DNA from: Balanoglossus misakiensis
Lineage: Eukaryota > Animalia > Hemichordata
Length of the DNA: 64,000 bases
Reading direction: 5' to 3'
NCBI GenBank assembly: GCA_040954595.2
Contig: CM082582.2
Location: 1,596,303 to 1,660,302, forward strand
Positions 48,956 through 63,900 of the stretch are shown in pieces (positions within the stretch are counted from its first letter, which is position 1; each line of letters opens with the position of its first letter). A model generated the notes under the pieces. The model was not told the DNA's origin, did no database searches, and saw nothing but the letters and a program-made list of their open reading frames with translations. The position numbers were made by a program, and so were the translations under genes.

Positions 48956-51900
48956 ACGATTTTTGAAAAAAATCATTTTGAAAATCATCAAAAAATGACA
49001 AATTTTCGTCTTTGCAAAATCTCAAAATTTCGGCGATTTTTGAAAAAAATCATGGGTGAAAATCATCAAAAAATGACAAATTTTCGACTTTGCAAAATCT
49101 CAAAATTTCGTACATTTTTGAAAAAAATCATGGGTGAAATTCATCAAAAAATGACAAATTTTCGACTGTGCAAAATCTCAAAATTTCGTCGATTTTTGAA
49201 AAAAATCACGGGTGAAAATCATCAAAAAATGACAAATTTTCGTCTTTGCAAAATCTCAAAATTTCGTCGATTTTTGAAAAAAATCATGGGTGAAAATCAT
49301 CAAAAAATGACAAATTTTCGACTTTGCAAAATCTCAAAATTTCGTACATTTTTAAAAAAAAATCATGGGTGAAATTCATCAAAAAATGACAAATTTTCGT
49401 CTTTGCAAAATCTCAAAATTTCGCCGATTTTTGAAAAAAACAATCATGGTGAAAATCATCAAAAAATGACAAATTTTCGACTTTGCAAAATCTCAAAATG
49501 TTGTCAATTTTTGAAAAAAATCATGAGTTCGTTGATTTTTAAAAAAAAACATTGGTGAAAATCATCAAAAAATTACAAATTTTCGACTTTGCAAAATCTC
49601 AAAATTTCGTCGATTTTTGAAAAAAAATTATGGGTTCGTTTATTTTTGAAAAAAACATGGGTGAAAATCATCAAAAAATGTCAAATTTTCGACTTTGCAA
49701 AATCTCAAAATTTTGTCGATTTTTGAAAAAAATCACGGGTGAAAATCATCAAAAAATGTCAAATTTTTGTCTTTGCAAAATCTCAAAATTTCGTCGACTT
49801 TTGAAAAAAATCATGGGTGAAAATCATCAAAAAATGACAAATTTTCGTCTTTGCAAAATCTCAAAATTTTGAAGATTTTTGAAAAAAATCACGGGTGAAA
49901 ATCATCAAAAAATGACAAATTTTTGACTTTGCAAAATCTCAAAATTTCGTACATTTTTGAAAAAAATCATGGGTGAAAATCATCAAAAAATGACAAATTT
50001 TCGACTTTGCAAAATCTCAAAATTTCGTCGATTTTTGAGAAAAATCATGGATGAAAATCATCAAAAAATGACAAATTTTCGACTTTGCAAAATCTCGAAA
50101 TTTCGTCGATTTTTGAGAAAAATCATGGGTGAAAATCATCAAAAAATGACAAATTTTCGACTTTGCAAAATCTCAAAATTTTGTCGATTTTTGAAAAAAA
50201 ATCATGGGTTCGTTGATTTTTGAAAAAAAAACATGGGTGAAAATCATCAAAAAATGACAAATTGTCGACTTTGCAAAATCTCAAAATTTCGTCGATTTTT
50301 GAGAAAAATCATGGATGAAAATCATCAAAAAATGACAAATTTTCGACTTTGCAAAATCTCGAAATTTCGTCGATTTTTGAGAAAAATCATGGGTGAAAAT
50401 CATCAAAAAATGACAAATTTTCGACTTTGCAAAATCTCAAAATTTTGTCGATTTTTGAAAAAAAATCATGGGTTCGTTGATTTTTGAAAAAAAAACATGG
50501 GTGAAAATCATCAAAAAATGACAAATTGTCGACTTTGCAAAATCTCAAAATTTCGTAAATTTTTGAAAAAAGTCAATGGTGAAAATCATCAAAAAATTAC
50601 AAATTTTCGTCTTTGCAAAATCTCACAATTTTGTCGATTTTTGAAAAAAATCATGGGTGAAAATCATCAAAAAATGACAAATTTTCGACTTTGCAAAATC
50701 TCAAAATTTCGTAGATTTTTGAAAAAAATAATGGGTGAAAATCATCAAAAAATGACAAATTTTCGACTTTGCAAAATCTCAAATTTCGTCGATTTTTGAA
50801 AAAAATCATGGGTGAAAATCATCAAAAATGACAAATTTTCGACTTTGCAAAATCTCAAAATTTCGTCGATTTTTGAGAAAAATCATGGGTGAAAATCATC
50901 AAAAAATGACAAATTTTCGTCTTTGCAAAATCCCAAAATTTGGTCGATTTTTGAAAAAAATCATGGGTTCGTTGATTTTTGAAAAAAACGGGTGAAAATC
51001 ATCAAAAAATGACAAATTTTCGACTTTGCAAAATCTCAAACTTTTGTCGATTTTTGAAAAAAATCACGGGTGAAAATCATCAAAAAATGACAAATTTTCG
51101 TCTTTGCAAAATCTCAAAATTTCGTCGATTTTTGAAAAAAATCATGGGTGAAAATCATCAAAAAATGACAAATTTTCGACTTTGCAAAATCTCAAAATTT
51201 CGCCGATTTTAGAAAAAAACAATCATGGTGAAAATCATAAAAAAATGACAAATTTTCGACTTTGCAAAATCTCAAAATGTTGTCAATTTTTGAAAAAAAT
51301 CATGGGTTCGTTGATTTTTAAAAAATAACATTGGTGAAAATCAAAAAAAAAATTACAAATTTTTGTCTTTGCAAAATCTCAAAATTTCGTCGATTTTTGA
51401 GAAAAATCATGGGTGAAAATCATCAAAAAATGACAAATTTTCGTCTTTGCAAAATCCCAAAATTTGGTCGATTTTTGAAAAACAAAATCATGGGAAAAAA
51501 TCATCAAAAAATGAAAAATTTTCGACTTTGCAAAATCTCAAAATTTCGTTGATTTTTGAAAAAAATCATGGGTTCGTTGATTTTTGAAAAAAAAAGGGTG
51601 AAAATCATCAAAAAATTACAAATTTTTGACTTTGCAAAATCTCAAACTTTTGTCGATTTTTGAAAAAAATCGCGGGTGAAAATCATCAAAAAATGACAAA
51701 TTTTCGTCTTTGCAAAATCTCAAAATTTCGTCGATTTTTGAAAAAAATCATGGGTGAAAATCATCAAAAAATGACAAATTTTCGACTTTGCAAAATCTCA
51801 AAATTTCGTACATTTTTAAAAAAAAATCATGGGTGAAATTCATCAAAAAATGACAAATTTTCGTCTTTGCAAAATCTCAAAATTTCGCCGATTTTTGAAA

Positions 51901-54900
51901 AAAACAATCATGGTGAAAATCATAAAAAAATGACAAATTTTCGACTTTGCAAAATCTCAAAATGTTGTCAATTTTTGAAAAAAATCATGGGTTCGTTGAT
52001 TTTTAAAAAAAAACATTGGTGAAAATCATCAAAAAATTACAAATTTTCGACTTTGCAAAATCTCAAAATTTTGTCGATTTTTGAAAAAAAAACATGGGTG
52101 AAAATCATTAAGAAATGACAAATTTTCGACTTTGCAAAATCTCAAAATTTCGTCGATTTTTGAAAAAAAATTATGGGTTCGTTGATTTTTGAAAAAAAAC
52201 ATGGGTGAATATCATCAAAAAATGTCAAATTTTCGACTTTGCAAAATCTCAAAATTTTGTCGATTTTCCAAAAAAATCACGGGTGAAAATCATCAAAAAA
52301 TGACAAATTTTTGTCTTTGCAAAATCTCAAAATTTCGTTGACTTTTGAAAAAAATCATGGGTGAAAATCATCAAAAAATGACAAATTTTCGTCTTTGCTA
52401 AATCTCAAAATTTTGTCGATTTTTGAAAAAAATCACGGGTGAAAATCATCAAAAAATGACAAATTTTCGACTTTGCAAAATCTCAAAATTTCGTACATTT
52501 TTGAAAAAAAATCATGGGTGAAAATCATCAAAAAATGACAAATTTTCGTCATTGCAAAATCTCAAAATTTCGTCGATTTTTAAAAAAAAAATCATGGTGA
52601 AAATCATCAAAAAATGACAAATTTTCGACTTTGCAAAATCTAAAAATTTTGTCGATTTTTGAAAAAAATCATGGGTGAAAATAATCAAAAAATGACAAAT
52701 TTTCGACTTTGCAAAATCTCAAAATTTTGTCGGTTTTTGAAAAAAGAAATCATGGGTGAAAATCATCAAAAAATGACAAATTTTCGACTTTGCAAAATCT
52801 CAAAATTTCGTCGATTTTTGAAAAAAATCATGGGTGAAAATCATCAAAAAATGACAAATTTTCGACTTTTTGAAAAAAAATCATGGGTTCGTTGATTTTT
52901 GAAAAAAAACATGGGTGAAAATCATCAAAAAATTACAAATTTTCGAATTTGCATAATCTCAAAATTTCGTCGATTTTTGAAAATAAAAACGGGTGAAAAT
53001 CATCAAAAAATTACAAATTTTTGTTTTTGCAAAATCTCAAAATTTCGTCGACTTTTGAAAAAAATCATGGGTGAAAATCATCAAAAAATGACAAATTTTC
53101 GTCTTTGCTAAATCTAAAAATTTTGTCGATTTTTGAAAAAAATCATGGGTGAAAATCATCAAAAAATGACAAATTTTCGACTTTGCAAAATCTCAAATTT
53201 CGTCGTTTTTTGAAAAAAATCATTGGTGAAAATCATCAAAAAATGACAAATTTTCGACTTTGCAAAATCTAAAAATTTTGACGATTTTTGAAAAAAATCA
53301 TGGGTAAAAATAATCAAAAAATGACAAATTTTCGACTTTGCAAAATCTCAAAATTTCGTCGATTTTTGAAAAAAATCATGGGTTCGTTCAATTTTGAAAA
53401 AAAACATGGGTGACAATCATCAAAAAATTACAAATTTTCGACTTTGCAAAATCTCAACATTTTGTCGATTTTTGAAAAAAAATCATGGGTGAAAATCATT
53501 AATAAATGACAAATTTTCGACTTTGCAAAATCTCAAAATTTCGTCGATTTTTGAAAAAAAATTATGGGTTCGTTGATTTTTGAAAAAAAACATGGGTGAA
53601 AATCATCAAAAAATGACAAATTTTCGACTTTGCAAAATCTCAAAATTTTGTCGATTTTTGAAAAAAATCACGGGTGAAAATCATCAAAAAATGACAAATT
53701 TTCGACTTTGCAAAATCTCAACATTTTGTCGATTTTTGAAAAACAATCATGGTGAAAATCATAAAAAAATGACAAATTTTCGACTTTGCAAAATCTCAAA
53801 ATGTTGTCAATTTTTGAAAAAATCATGGGTTCGTTGATTTTTAAAAAAAAACATTGGTGAAAATCATCAAAAAATTACAAATTTTCGACTTTGCAAAATC
53901 TCAAAATTTTGTCGATTTTTGAAAAAAAAACATGGGTGAAAATCATTAAGAAATGACAAATTTTCGACTTTGCAAAATCTCAAAATTTCGTCGATTTTTG
54001 AAAAAAAATTATGGGTTCGTTGATTTTTGAAAAAAAACATGGGTGAATATCATCAAAAAATGTCAAATTTTCGACTTTGCAAAATCTCAAAATTTTGTCG
54101 ATTTTCCAAAAAAATCACGGGTGAAAATCATCAAAAAATGACAAATTTTTGTCTTTGCAAAATCTCAAAATTTCGTTGACTTTTGAAAAAAATCATGGGT
54201 GAAAATCATCAAAAAATGACAAATTTTCGTCTTTGCTAAATCTCAAAATTTTGTCGATTTTTGAAAAAAATCACGGGTGAAAATCATCAAAAAATGACAA
54301 ATTTTCGACTTTGCAAAATCTCAAAATTTCGTACATTTTTGAAAAAAAATCATGGGTGAAAATCATCAAAAAATGACAAATTTTCGTCATTGCAAAATCT
54401 CAAAATTTCGTCGATTTTTAAAAAAAAAATCATGGTGAAAATCATCAAAAAATGACAAATTTTCGACTTTGCAAAATCTAAAAATTTTGTCGATTTTTGA
54501 AAAAAATCATGGGTGAAAATAATCAAAAAATGACAAATTTTCGACTTTGCAAAATCTCAAAATTTTGTCGGTTTTTGAAAAAAGAAATCATGGGTGAAAA
54601 TCATCAAAAAATGACAAATTTTCGACTTTGCAAAATCTCAAAATTTCGTCGATTTTTGAAAAAAATCATGGGTGAAAATCATCAAAAAATGACAAATTTT
54701 CGACTTTTTGAAAAAAAATCATGGGTTCGTTGATTTTTGAAAAAAAACATGGGTGAAAATCATCAAAAAATTACAAATTTTCGAATTTGCATAATCTCAA
54801 AATTTCGTCGATTTTTGAAAATAAAAACGGGTGAAAATCATCAAAAAATTACAAATTTTTGTTTTTGCAAAATCTCAAAATTTCGTCGACTTTTGAAAAA

Positions 54901-57900
54901 AATCATGGGTGAAAATCATCAAAAAATGACAAATTTTCGTCTTTGCTAAATCTAAAAATTTTGTCGATTTTTGAAAAAAATCATGGGTGAAAATCATCAA
55001 AAAATGACAAATTTTCGACTTTGCAAAATCTCAAATTTCGTCGTTTTTTGAAAAAAATCATTGGGGAAAATCATCAAAAAATGACAAATTTTCGACTTTG
55101 CAAAATCTAAAAATTTTGACGATTTTTGAAAAAAATCATGGGTAAAAATAAACAAAAAATGACAAATTTTCGACTTTGCAAAATCTCAAAATTTTGTCGG
55201 TTTTTGAAAAAAGAAATCATGGGTGAAAATCATCAAAAAATGAAAAATTTTCGACTTTGCAAAATCTCAAAATTTCGTCGATTTTTGAAAAAAATCATGG
55301 GTGAAAATCATCAAAAAATGACAAATTTTCGACTTTGCAAAATCTCAAAATTTCGTCGATTTTTGAAAAAAATCATGGGTTCGTTCAATTTTGAAAAAAA
55401 ACATGGGTGACAATCATCAAAAAATTACAAATTTTCGACTTTGCAAAATCTCAACATTTTGTCGATTTTTGAAAAAAAATCATGGGTGAAAATCATTAAT
55501 AAATGACAAATTTTCGACTTTGCAAAATCTCAAAATTTCGTCGATTTTTGAAAAAAAATTATGGGTTCGTTGATTTTTGAAAAAAAACATGGGTGAAAAT
55601 CATCAAAAAATGACAAATTTTCGACTTTGCAAAATCTCAAAATTTCGTCGATTTTTGAAAAAAATCATGGGTTCGTTCAATTTTGAAAAAAAACATGGGT
55701 GACAATTATCAAAAAATTACAAATTTTCGACTTTGCAAAATCTCAACATTTTGTCGATTTTTGAAAAAAAATCATGGGTGAAAATCATTAATAAATGACA
55801 AATTTTCGACTTTGCAAAATCTCAAAATTTCGTCGATTTTTGAAAAAAAATTATGGGTTCGTTGATTTTTGAAAAAAAACATGGGTGAAAATCATCAAAA
55901 AATGACAAATTTTCGACTTTGCAAAATCTCAAAATTTCGTACATTTTTAAAAAAAAATCATGGGTGAAATTCATCAAAAAATGACAAATTTTCGTCTTTG
56001 CAAAATCTCAAAATTTCGCCGATTTTTGAAAAAAACAATCATGGTGAAAATCATAAAAAAATGACAAATTTTCGACTTTGCAAAATCTCAAAATGTTGTC
56101 AATTTTTGAAAAAAATCATGGGTTCGTTGATTTTTAAAAAAAAACATTGGTGAAAATCATCAAAAAATTACAAATTTTCGACTTTGCAAAATCTCAAAAT
56201 TTTGTCGATTTTTGAAAAAAAAACATGGGTGAAAATCATTAAGAAATGACAAATTTTCGACTTTGCAAAATCTCAAAATTTCGTCGATTTTTGAAAAAAA
56301 ATTATGGGTTCGTTGATTTTTGAAAAAAAACATGGGTGAATATCATCAAAAAATGTCAAATTTTCGACTTTGCAAAATCTCAAAATTTTGTCGATTTTCC
56401 AAAAAAATCACGGGTGAAAATCATCAAAAAATGACAAATTTTTGTCTTTGCAAAATCTCAAAATTTCGTTGACTTTTGAAAAAAATCATGGGTGAAAATC
56501 ATCAAAAAATGACAAATTTTCGTCTTTGCTAAATCTCAAAATTTTGTCGATTTTTGAAAAAAATCACGGGTGAAAATCATCAAAAAATGACAAATTTTCG
56601 ACTTTGCAAAATCTCAAAATTTCGTACATTTTTGAAAAAAAATCATGGGTGAAAATCATCAAAAAATGACAAATTTTCGTCATTGCAAAATCTCAAAATT
56701 TCGTCGATTTTTAAAAAAAAAATCATGGTGAAAATCATCAAAAAATGACAAATTTTCGACTTTGCAAAATCTAAAAATTTTGTCGATTTTTGAAAAAAAT
56801 CATGGGTGAAAATAATCAAAAAATGACAAATTTTCGACTTTGCAAAATCTCAAAATTTTGTCGGTTTTTGAAAAAAGAAATCATGGGTGAAAATCATCAA
56901 AAAATGACAAATTTTCGACTTTGCAAAATCTCAAAATTTCGTCGATTTTTGAAAAAAATCATGGGTGAAAATCATCAAAAAATGACAAATTTTCGACTTT
57001 TTGAAAAAAAATCATGGGTTCGTTGATTTTTGAAAAAAAACATGGGTGAAAATCATCAAAAAATTACAAATTTTCGAATTTGCATAATCTCAAAATTTCG
57101 TCGATTTTTGAAAATAAAAACGGGTGAAAATCATCAAAAAATTACAAATTTTTGTTTTTGCAAAATCTCAAAATTTCGTCGACTTTTGAAAAAAATCATG
57201 GGTGAAAATCATCAAAAAATGACAAATTTTCGACTTTGCAAAATCTAAAAATTTTGACGATTTTTGAAAAAAATCATGGGTAAAAATAATCAAAAAATGA
57301 CAAATTTTCGACTTTGCAAAATCTCAAAATTTTGTCGGTTTTTGAAAAAAGAAATCATGGGTGAAAATCATCAAAAAATGAAAAATTTTCGACTTTGCAA
57401 AATCTCAAAATTTCGTCGATTTTTGAAAAAAATCATGGGTGAAAATCATCAAAAAATGACAAATTTTCAACTTTGCAAAATCTCAAAATTTCGTCGATTT
57501 TTGAAAAAAATCATGGGTTCGTTCAATTTTGAAAAAAAACATGGGTGACAATCATCAAAAAATTACAAATTTTCGACTTTGCAAAATCTCAACATTTTGT
57601 CGATTTTTGAAAAAAAATCATGGGTGAAAATCATTAATAAATGACAAATTTTCGACTTTGCAAAATCTCAAAATTTCGTCGATTTTTGAAAAAAAATTAT
57701 GGGTTCGTTGATTTTTGAAAAAAAACATGGGTGAAAATCATCAAAAAATGACAAATTTTCGACTTTGCAAAATCTCAAAATTTCGTCGATTTTTGACAAA
57801 AATTATGGGTGAAAATCATCAAAAAATGACAAATTTTCGACTTTGCAAAATCTCAAAATTTCGTCGATTTTTGAAAAAAATCATGGGTTCGTTCAATTTT

Positions 57901-60900
57901 GAAAAAAAACATGGGTGAAAATCATCAAAAAATTACAAATTTTCGACTTTGCAAAATCTCAAAATTTTGTCGATTTTTGAAAAAAAATCATGGGTGAAAA
58001 TCATCAAAAAATGACAAATTTTCGACTTTGCAAAATCTCAAAATTTCGTCGATTTTTGAGAAAAATCATGGGTGAAAATCATCAAAAAATGACAAATTTT
58101 CGACTTTGCAAAATCTCAAAATTTTGTCGATTTTTGAAAAAAAATCATGGGTTCGTTGATTTTTGAAAAAAAACATGGGTGAAAATCATCAAAAAATTAC
58201 AAATTTTCGTCTTTGCAAAATCTCAAAATTTCGTCGATTTTTGTAAAAAATCATGGGTGAAAATCATCAAAAAATGACAAATTTTCGACTTTGCAAAATC
58301 TCAAAATTTCGTACATTTTAAAAAAAAAATCATGGGTGAAATTCATCAAAAAATGACAAATTTTCGTCTTTGCAAAATCTCAAAATTTCGTACATTTTTA
58401 AAAAAAAATCATGGGTGAAATTCATCAAAAAATGACAAATTTTCGTCTTTGCAAAATCTCAAAATTTCGCCGATTTTTGAAAAAAACAATCATGGTGAAA
58501 ATCATAAAAAAATGACAAATTTTCGACTTTGCAAAATCTCAAAATGTTGTCAATTTTTGAAAAAAATCATGGGTTCGTTGATTTTTAAAAAAAAACATTG
58601 GTGAAAATCATCAAAAAATTACAAATTTTCGACTTTGCAAAATCTCAAAATTTTGTCGATTTTTGTAAAAAAAAACATGGGTGAAAATCATTAAGAAATG
58701 ACAAATTTTCGACTTTGCAAAATCTCAAAATTTCGTCGATTTTTGAAAAAAAAATCATGGGTTCGTTCAATTTTTGAAAAAAAACATGGGTGAAAATCAT
58801 CAAAAAGTTACAAATTTTCGACTTTGCAAAATCTCAAAATTTTGTCGATTTTTGGAAAAAAATCATGGGTGAAAATCATTAATAAATGACAAATTTTCGA
58901 CTTTGCAAAATCTCAAAATTTCGTCGATTTTTGAAAAAAAAATCATGGGTGAAAATCATCAAAAAATGACAAATTTTCGACTTTGCAAAATCTCAAAATG
59001 TTGTCAATTTTTGAAAAAAATCATGAGTTTGTTGATTTTTAAAAAAAAACATTGGTGAAAATCATCAAAAAATTACAAATTTTCGACTTTGCAAAATCTC
59101 AAAATTTTGTCGATTTTTGAAAAAAAAACATGGGTGAAAATAATTAAAAAATGCCAAATTTTCGACTTTGCAAAATCTCAAAATTTCGTCGATTTTTAAA
59201 AAAAAATTATGGGTTCGTTGATTTTTGAAAAAAAAAACATGGGTGAAAATCATCAAAAAATGTCAAATTTTCGACTTTGCAAAATCTCAAAATTTTGTCG
59301 ATTTTTGAAAAAAATCACGGGTGAAAATCATCAAAAAATGACAAATTTTTGTCTTTGCAAAATCTCAAAATTTCGTCGACTTTTGAAAAAAATCATGGGT
59401 GAAAATCATCAAAAAATTACAAATTTTCGTCTTTGCAAAATCTCAAAATTTTGTCGATTTTTGAAAAAAATCACGGGTGAAAATCATCAAAAAATGACAA
59501 ATTTTCGACTTTGCAAAATCTCAAAATTTCGTACATTTTTGAAAAAAAATCATGGGTGAAAATCATCAAAAAATGACAAATTTTCGTCTTTGCAAAATCT
59601 CAAAATTTCGTCGATTTTTAAAAAAAAATCATGGTGAAAATCATCAAAAAATGACAAATTTTCGACTTTGCAAAATCTCAAAATGTTGTCAATTTTTGAA
59701 AAAAATCATGAGTTTGTTGATTTTTAAAAAAAAACATTGGTGAAAATCATCAAAAAATTACAAATTTTCGACTTTGCAAAATCTCAAAATTTTGTCGATT
59801 TTTGAAAAAAAAACATGGGTGAAAATAATTAAAAAATGCCAAATTTTCGACTTTGCAAAATCTCAAAATTTCGTCGATTTTTAAAAAAAAAATATGGGTT
59901 CGTTGATTTTTGAAAAAAAAAAACATGGGTGAAAATCATCAAAAAATGTCAAATTTTCGACTTTGCAAAATCTCAAAATTTCGTCGATTTTTGAAAAAAT
60001 CATGAGAGAAAATCATCAAAAAATGACAAATTTTCGACTTTGCAAAATCTCAAAATTTCGTCGATTTTTGAAAAAAATCATGGGTGAAAATCATCAAAAA
60101 ATGACAAATTTTCGACTTAGCAAAATCTCAAAATTTTGTCGATTTTTGAAAAAAATCATAGGTGAAAATCATCAAAAAATGACAAATTTTCGACTTTGCA
60201 AAATCTCAAAATTTCGTCGATTTTGAAAAAAAACATGGGTGAAAATCATCAAAAAATTACAAATTTTCGACTTTGCAAAATCTCAAAATTTTGTCGATTT
60301 TTGAAAAAAAATCATGGGTGAAAATCATCAAAAAATGACAAATTTTCGACTTTGCAAAATCTCAAAATTTCGTCGATTTTGAAAAAAAACATGGGTGAAA
60401 ATCATCAAAAAATTACAAATTTTCGACTTTGCAAAATCTCAAAATTTTGTCGATTTTTGAAAAAAAATCATGGGTGAAAATCATCAAAAAATGACAAATT
60501 TTCGACTTTGCAAAATCTCAAAATTTCGTCGATTTTTGAGAAAAATCATGGGTGAAAATCATCAAAAAATGACAAATTTTCGACTTTGCAAAATCTCAAA
60601 ATTTTGTCGATTTTTGAAAAAAAATCATGGGTTCGTTGATTTTTGAAAAAAAACATGGGTGAAAATCATCAAAAAATTACAAATTTTCGTCTTTGCAAAA
60701 TCTCAAAATTTCGTCGATTTTTGTAAAAAATCATGGGTGAAAATCATCAAAAAATGACAAATTTTCGACTTTGCAAAATCTCAAAATTTCGTACATTTTA
60801 AAAAAAAAACCATGGGTGAAATTCATCAAAAAATGACAAATTTTCGTCTTTGCAAAATCTCAAAATTTCGTACATTTTTAAAAAAAAATCATGGGTGAAA

Positions 60901-63900
60901 TTCATCAAAAAATGACAAATTTTCGTCTTTGCAAAATCTCAAAATTTCGCCGATTTTTGAAAAAAACAATCATGGTGAAAATCATAAAAAAATGACAAAT
61001 TTTCGACTTTGCAAAATCTCAAAATGTTGTCAATTTTTGAAAAAAATCATGGGTTCGTTGATTTTTAAAAAAAAACATTGGTGAAAATCATCAAAAAATT
61101 ACAAATTTTCGACTTTGCAAAATCTCAAAATTTTGTCGATTTTTGTAAAAAAAACATGGGTGAAAATCATTAAGAAATGACAAATTTTCGACTTTGCAAA
61201 ATCTCAAAATTTCGTCGATTTTTGAAAAAAAAATCATGGGTTCGTTCAATTTTTGAAAAAAAACATGGGTGAAAATCATCAAAAAGTTACAAATTTTCGA
61301 CTTTGCAAAATCTCAAAATTTTGTCGATTTTTGAAAAAAAATCATGGGTGAAAATCATCAAAAAATGACAAATTTTCGACTTTGCAAAATCTCAAAATTT
61401 CGTCGATTTTTGAGAAAAATCATGGGTGAAAATCATCAAAAAATGACAAATTTTCGACTTTGCAAAATCTCAAAATTTTGTCGATTTTTGAAAAAAAATC
61501 ATGGGTTCGTTGATTTTTGAAAAAAAACATGGGTGAAAATCATCAAAAAATTACAAATTTTCGTCTTTGCAAAATCTCAAAATTTCGTCGATTTTTGTAA
61601 AAAATCATGGGTGAAAATCATCAAAAAATGACAAATTTTCGACTTTGCAAAATCTCAAAATTTCGTACATTTTAAAAAAAAATCATGGGTGAAATTCATC
61701 AAAAAATGACAAATTTTCGTCTTTGCAAAATCTCAAAATTTCGTACATTTTTAAAAAAAAATCATGGGTGAAATTCATCAAAAAATGACAAATTTTCGTC
61801 TTTGCAAAATCTCAAAATTTCGCCGATTTTTGAAAAAAACAATCATGGTGAAAATCATCAAAAAATGACAAATTTTCGACTTTGCAAAATCTCAAAATTT
61901 TGTCGATTTTTGAAAAAAAATCATGGGTTCGTTGATTTTTGAAAAAAAACATGGGTGAAAATCATCAAAAAATTACAAATTTTCGTCTTTGCAAAATCTC
62001 AAAATTTCGTCGATTTTTGTAAAAAATCATGGGTGAAAATCATCAAAAAATGACAAATTTTCGACTTTGCAAAATCTCAAAATTTCGTACATTTTAAAAA
62101 AAAAATCATGGGTGAAATTCATCAAAAAATGACAAATTTTCGTCTTTGCAAAATCTCAAAATTTCGTACATTTTTAAAAAAAAATCATGGGTGAAATTCA
62201 TCAAAAAATGACAAATTTTCGTCTTTGCAAAATCTCAAAATTTCGCCGATTTTTGAAAAAAACAATCATGGTGAAAATCATAAAAAAATGACAAATTTTC
62301 GACTTTGCAAAATCTCAAAATGTTGTCAATTTTTGAAAAAAATCATGGGTTCGTTGATTTTTAAAAAAAAACATTGGTGAAAATCATCAAAAAATTACAA
62401 ATTTTCGACTTTGCAAAATCTCAAAATTTTGTCGATTTTTGTAAAAAAAACATGGGTGAAAATCATTAATAAATGACAAATTTTCGACTTTGCAAAATCT
62501 CAAAATTTCGTCGATTTTTGAAAAAAAAATCATGGGTGAAAATCATCAAAAAATGACAAATTTTCGACTTTGCAAAATCTCAAAATGTTGTCAATTTTTG
62601 AAAAAAATCATGAGTTTGTTGATTTTTAAAAAAAAACATTGGTGAAAATCATCAAAAAATTACAAATTTTCGACTTTGCAAAATCTCAAAATTTTGTCGA
62701 TTTTTGAAAAAAAATCATGGGTGAAAATCATCAAAAAATGACAAATTTTCGACTTTGCAAAATCTCAAAATTTCGTCGATTTTTGAGAAAAATCATGGGT
62801 GAAAATCATCAAAAAATGACAAATTTTCGACTTTGCAAAATCTCAAAATTTTGTCGATTTTTGAAAAAAAATCATGGGTTCGTTGATTTTTGAAAAAAAA
62901 CATGGGTGAAAATCATCAAAAAATTACAAATTTTCGTCTTTGCAAAATCTCAAAATTTCGTCGATTTTTGTAAAAAATCATGGGTGAAAATCATCAAAAA
63001 ATGACAAATTTTCGACTTTGCAAAATCTCAAAATTTCGTACATTTTAAAAAAAAAATCATGGGTGAAATTCATCAAAAAATGACAAATTTTCGTCTTTGC
63101 AAAATCTCAAAATTTCGTACATTTTTTAAAAAAAATCATGGGTGAAATTCATCAAAAAATGACAAATTTTCGTCTTTGCAAAATCTCAAAATTTCGCCGA
63201 TTTTTGAAAAAAACAATCATGGTGAAAATCATAAAAAAATGACAAATTTTCGACTTTGCAAAATCTCAAAATGTTGTCAATTTTTGAAAAAAATCATGGG
63301 TTCGTTGATTTTAAAAAAAAAACATTGGTGAAAATCATCAAAAAATTACAAATTTTCGACTTTGCAAAATCTCAAAATTTTGTCGATTTTTGTAAAAAAA
63401 ACATGGGTGAAAATCATTAAGAAATGACAAATTTTCGACTTTGCAAAATCTCAAAATTTCGTCGATTTTTGAAAAAAAAATCATGGGTTCGTTCAATTTT
63501 TGAAAAAAAACATGGGTGAAAATCATCAAAAAGTTACAAATTTTCGACTTTGCAAAATCTCAAAATTTTGTCGATTTTTGAAAAAAAATCATGGGTGAAA
63601 ATCATTAATAAATGACAAATTTTCGACTTTGCAAAATCTCAAAATTTCGTCGATTTTTGAAAAAAAAATCATGGGTGAAAATCATCAAAAAATGACAAAT
63701 TTTCGACTTTGCAAAATCTCAAAATGTTGTCAATTTTTGAAAAAAATCATGAGTTTGTTGATTTTTAAAAAAAAACATTGGTGAAAATCATCAAAAAATT
63801 ACAAATTTTCGACTTTGCAAAATCTCAAAATTTTGTCGATTTTTGAAAAAAAAACATGGGTGAAAATAATTAAAAAATGCCAAATTTTCGACTTTGCAAA

